From the NCBI RefSeq assembly GCF_028641065.1, contig NC_073388.1:46624001-46688000 (forward strand): a stretch of 64,000 nt of DNA. Direction: 5' to 3'. Below are positions 62,860 through 64,000 of the stretch, piece after piece. The position numbers and the translations under genes were made by a program. The notes under the pieces are model-generated. The model was given only the letters and a program-made list of their open reading frames with translations, was not told the DNA's origin and ran no database searches. The first letter of the stretch is position 1. Every line of letters begins with the position of its first letter. The DNA is from Leucoraja erinacea (Eukaryota).

Positions 62860-63418
62860 GTTGAGTGGCGGCGACGCCACCTGCCGCAGGCCTCTGCCCG
62901 ACACTGAGCCCGCGGGGCTGGGCCTCCCGCACGTCGCTCAGCGCTGCCCGCTGCTCTGACGGTGGGCCCGGGGCCGGGACAGGGACCGGCTGGGCAAAGG
63001 GCCGTGAGGTTACACCTGGAGCTCCGAGACACTCCCACAGCGTTGAGGAAGGAAACCCGAGGTGAGATGATGGCGCTCGCACCAAGGAGCAACTTTCTGT
63101 CAGCTTCTAACAGCTCTGTCGCTTCTATCACTGCGCATGGGCAGCTGGCCGTCTCTGGGAGGCTCCCTACTGCGCATGCTCCGAATGGGCGGCCGTTGGG
63201 TGCGCTCGCGCGTCCAATACACTGAGCCTGCGCATGCTCAGTGTAGTGGGACCGTGACTGCTGGTGGCGTCCGCGCATGCTCAGAGTAGGGACGGCCGCG
63301 GGCCAGGGCGCCCGCGCATGCTCAGTGTGTGGAGGGCGAGTGGGACGAGGGCAGGTCGCGGCGCCCGCGCATGCTCAGTGTGTAGGTGAGCGGGTCCGGC
63401 CGCGGTGCTCGAGCAGCG
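62860..63418. promoter_or_regulatory. Bidirectional CpG-island promoter of UPF3B/NDUFA1 with six NRF1-like motifs and a CCAAT box
   Basis: YGCGCATG-core motifs at 63132, 63171, 63229, 63272, 63313, 63366; CCAAT 63214-63218; ATGs 559 bp apart, divergent. Confidence 0.8.
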
Positions 63419-63520
63419 ATGTGGTACGAGATCCTCCCCGGCCTCAGCCTCATGGCCGTGTGCCTGACCATCCCCGGCCTCTCCACCATCTACCTCCATA
63501 GGTGGACGAACGGCGGCAAG
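63419..63520 (+). CDS. NDUFA1: NADH:ubiquinone oxidoreductase subunit A1 (MWFE) coding exon 1
   Basis: [34 protein letters not shown], 102 nt, donor AAG|GTGAGT. Confidence 0.95.
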
Positions 63521-64000
63521 GTGAGTGTGGTCGTGGCAGTGTATGGGCTCACGGACCCCGCTGCAATAGTGTTGTGCCTCTGGCCCTTGATTCAACACCT
63601 GTCGTCTGCCTCTGATGATCCACCTGGACTGGAGGCGATGGTGGACCCCAACAGTCTCTGAATATGGGCAGTTTAACTATGATAGACCGAGGTTAAGTTT
63701 CCAAGAGAGAGATTGTGCGACTGGGAGTGGAGGCTGCACATTTTCCCACGTAACTGCTGCCCTTGCCTTTCATGGATGGAGAGGTCAAGGATGGAGCTTG
63801 GTGAGTAACTGCAAATAAGGATGCAGAAGAGTTTTACTACAATGCTGCCTGGATTAGAGGGTATTAGCTACAGGAAGAGATCAATTTACCACACTGTCCG
63901 GTGGATGCAAGTGTACCTTTACTGGAAGGGGCAGCTGGTTCTGAGGCAGAAGGTCAGTGCTGCAAAAAGGAGATACCGTGCTTTACCAATTATATCCAGC

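Overview
Vertebrate genomic DNA, by inference from a cartilaginous fish (probably a skate/ray: dense HE1-type tRNA/V-SINEs, CR1/HER1-type LINE tails, Penelope-like elements). Gene order matches human Xq24: SEPTIN6 exon 1 (-), intronless ankyrin gene SOWAHD (+, broken by indels in G-rich runs), complete 10-exon UPF3B (-, 475 aa as spliced here) and NDUFA1 exon 1 (+), head-to-head with UPF3B. RPL39/SNORA69 and the RNF113A retrogene, which sit in this interval in human, were not found by eye. Much of the rest is nested transposons. Most interesting: (1) a ~140-bp SINE-like element (2 copies, TSD-bounded, (GAA)n tail) whose 5' end folds into a minimal CPEB3/HDV-like ribozyme; (2) Penelope-derived foldback inserts with 13-15 bp TSDs and hammerhead cores; (3) a shifted UPF3B exon-4 donor inserting 9 aa just before the Y160-equivalent; (4) a possible hidden or decayed minus-strand gene in the RPL39 slot. 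All coordinates were read by hand; repeat boundaries are approximate and no database searches were run.
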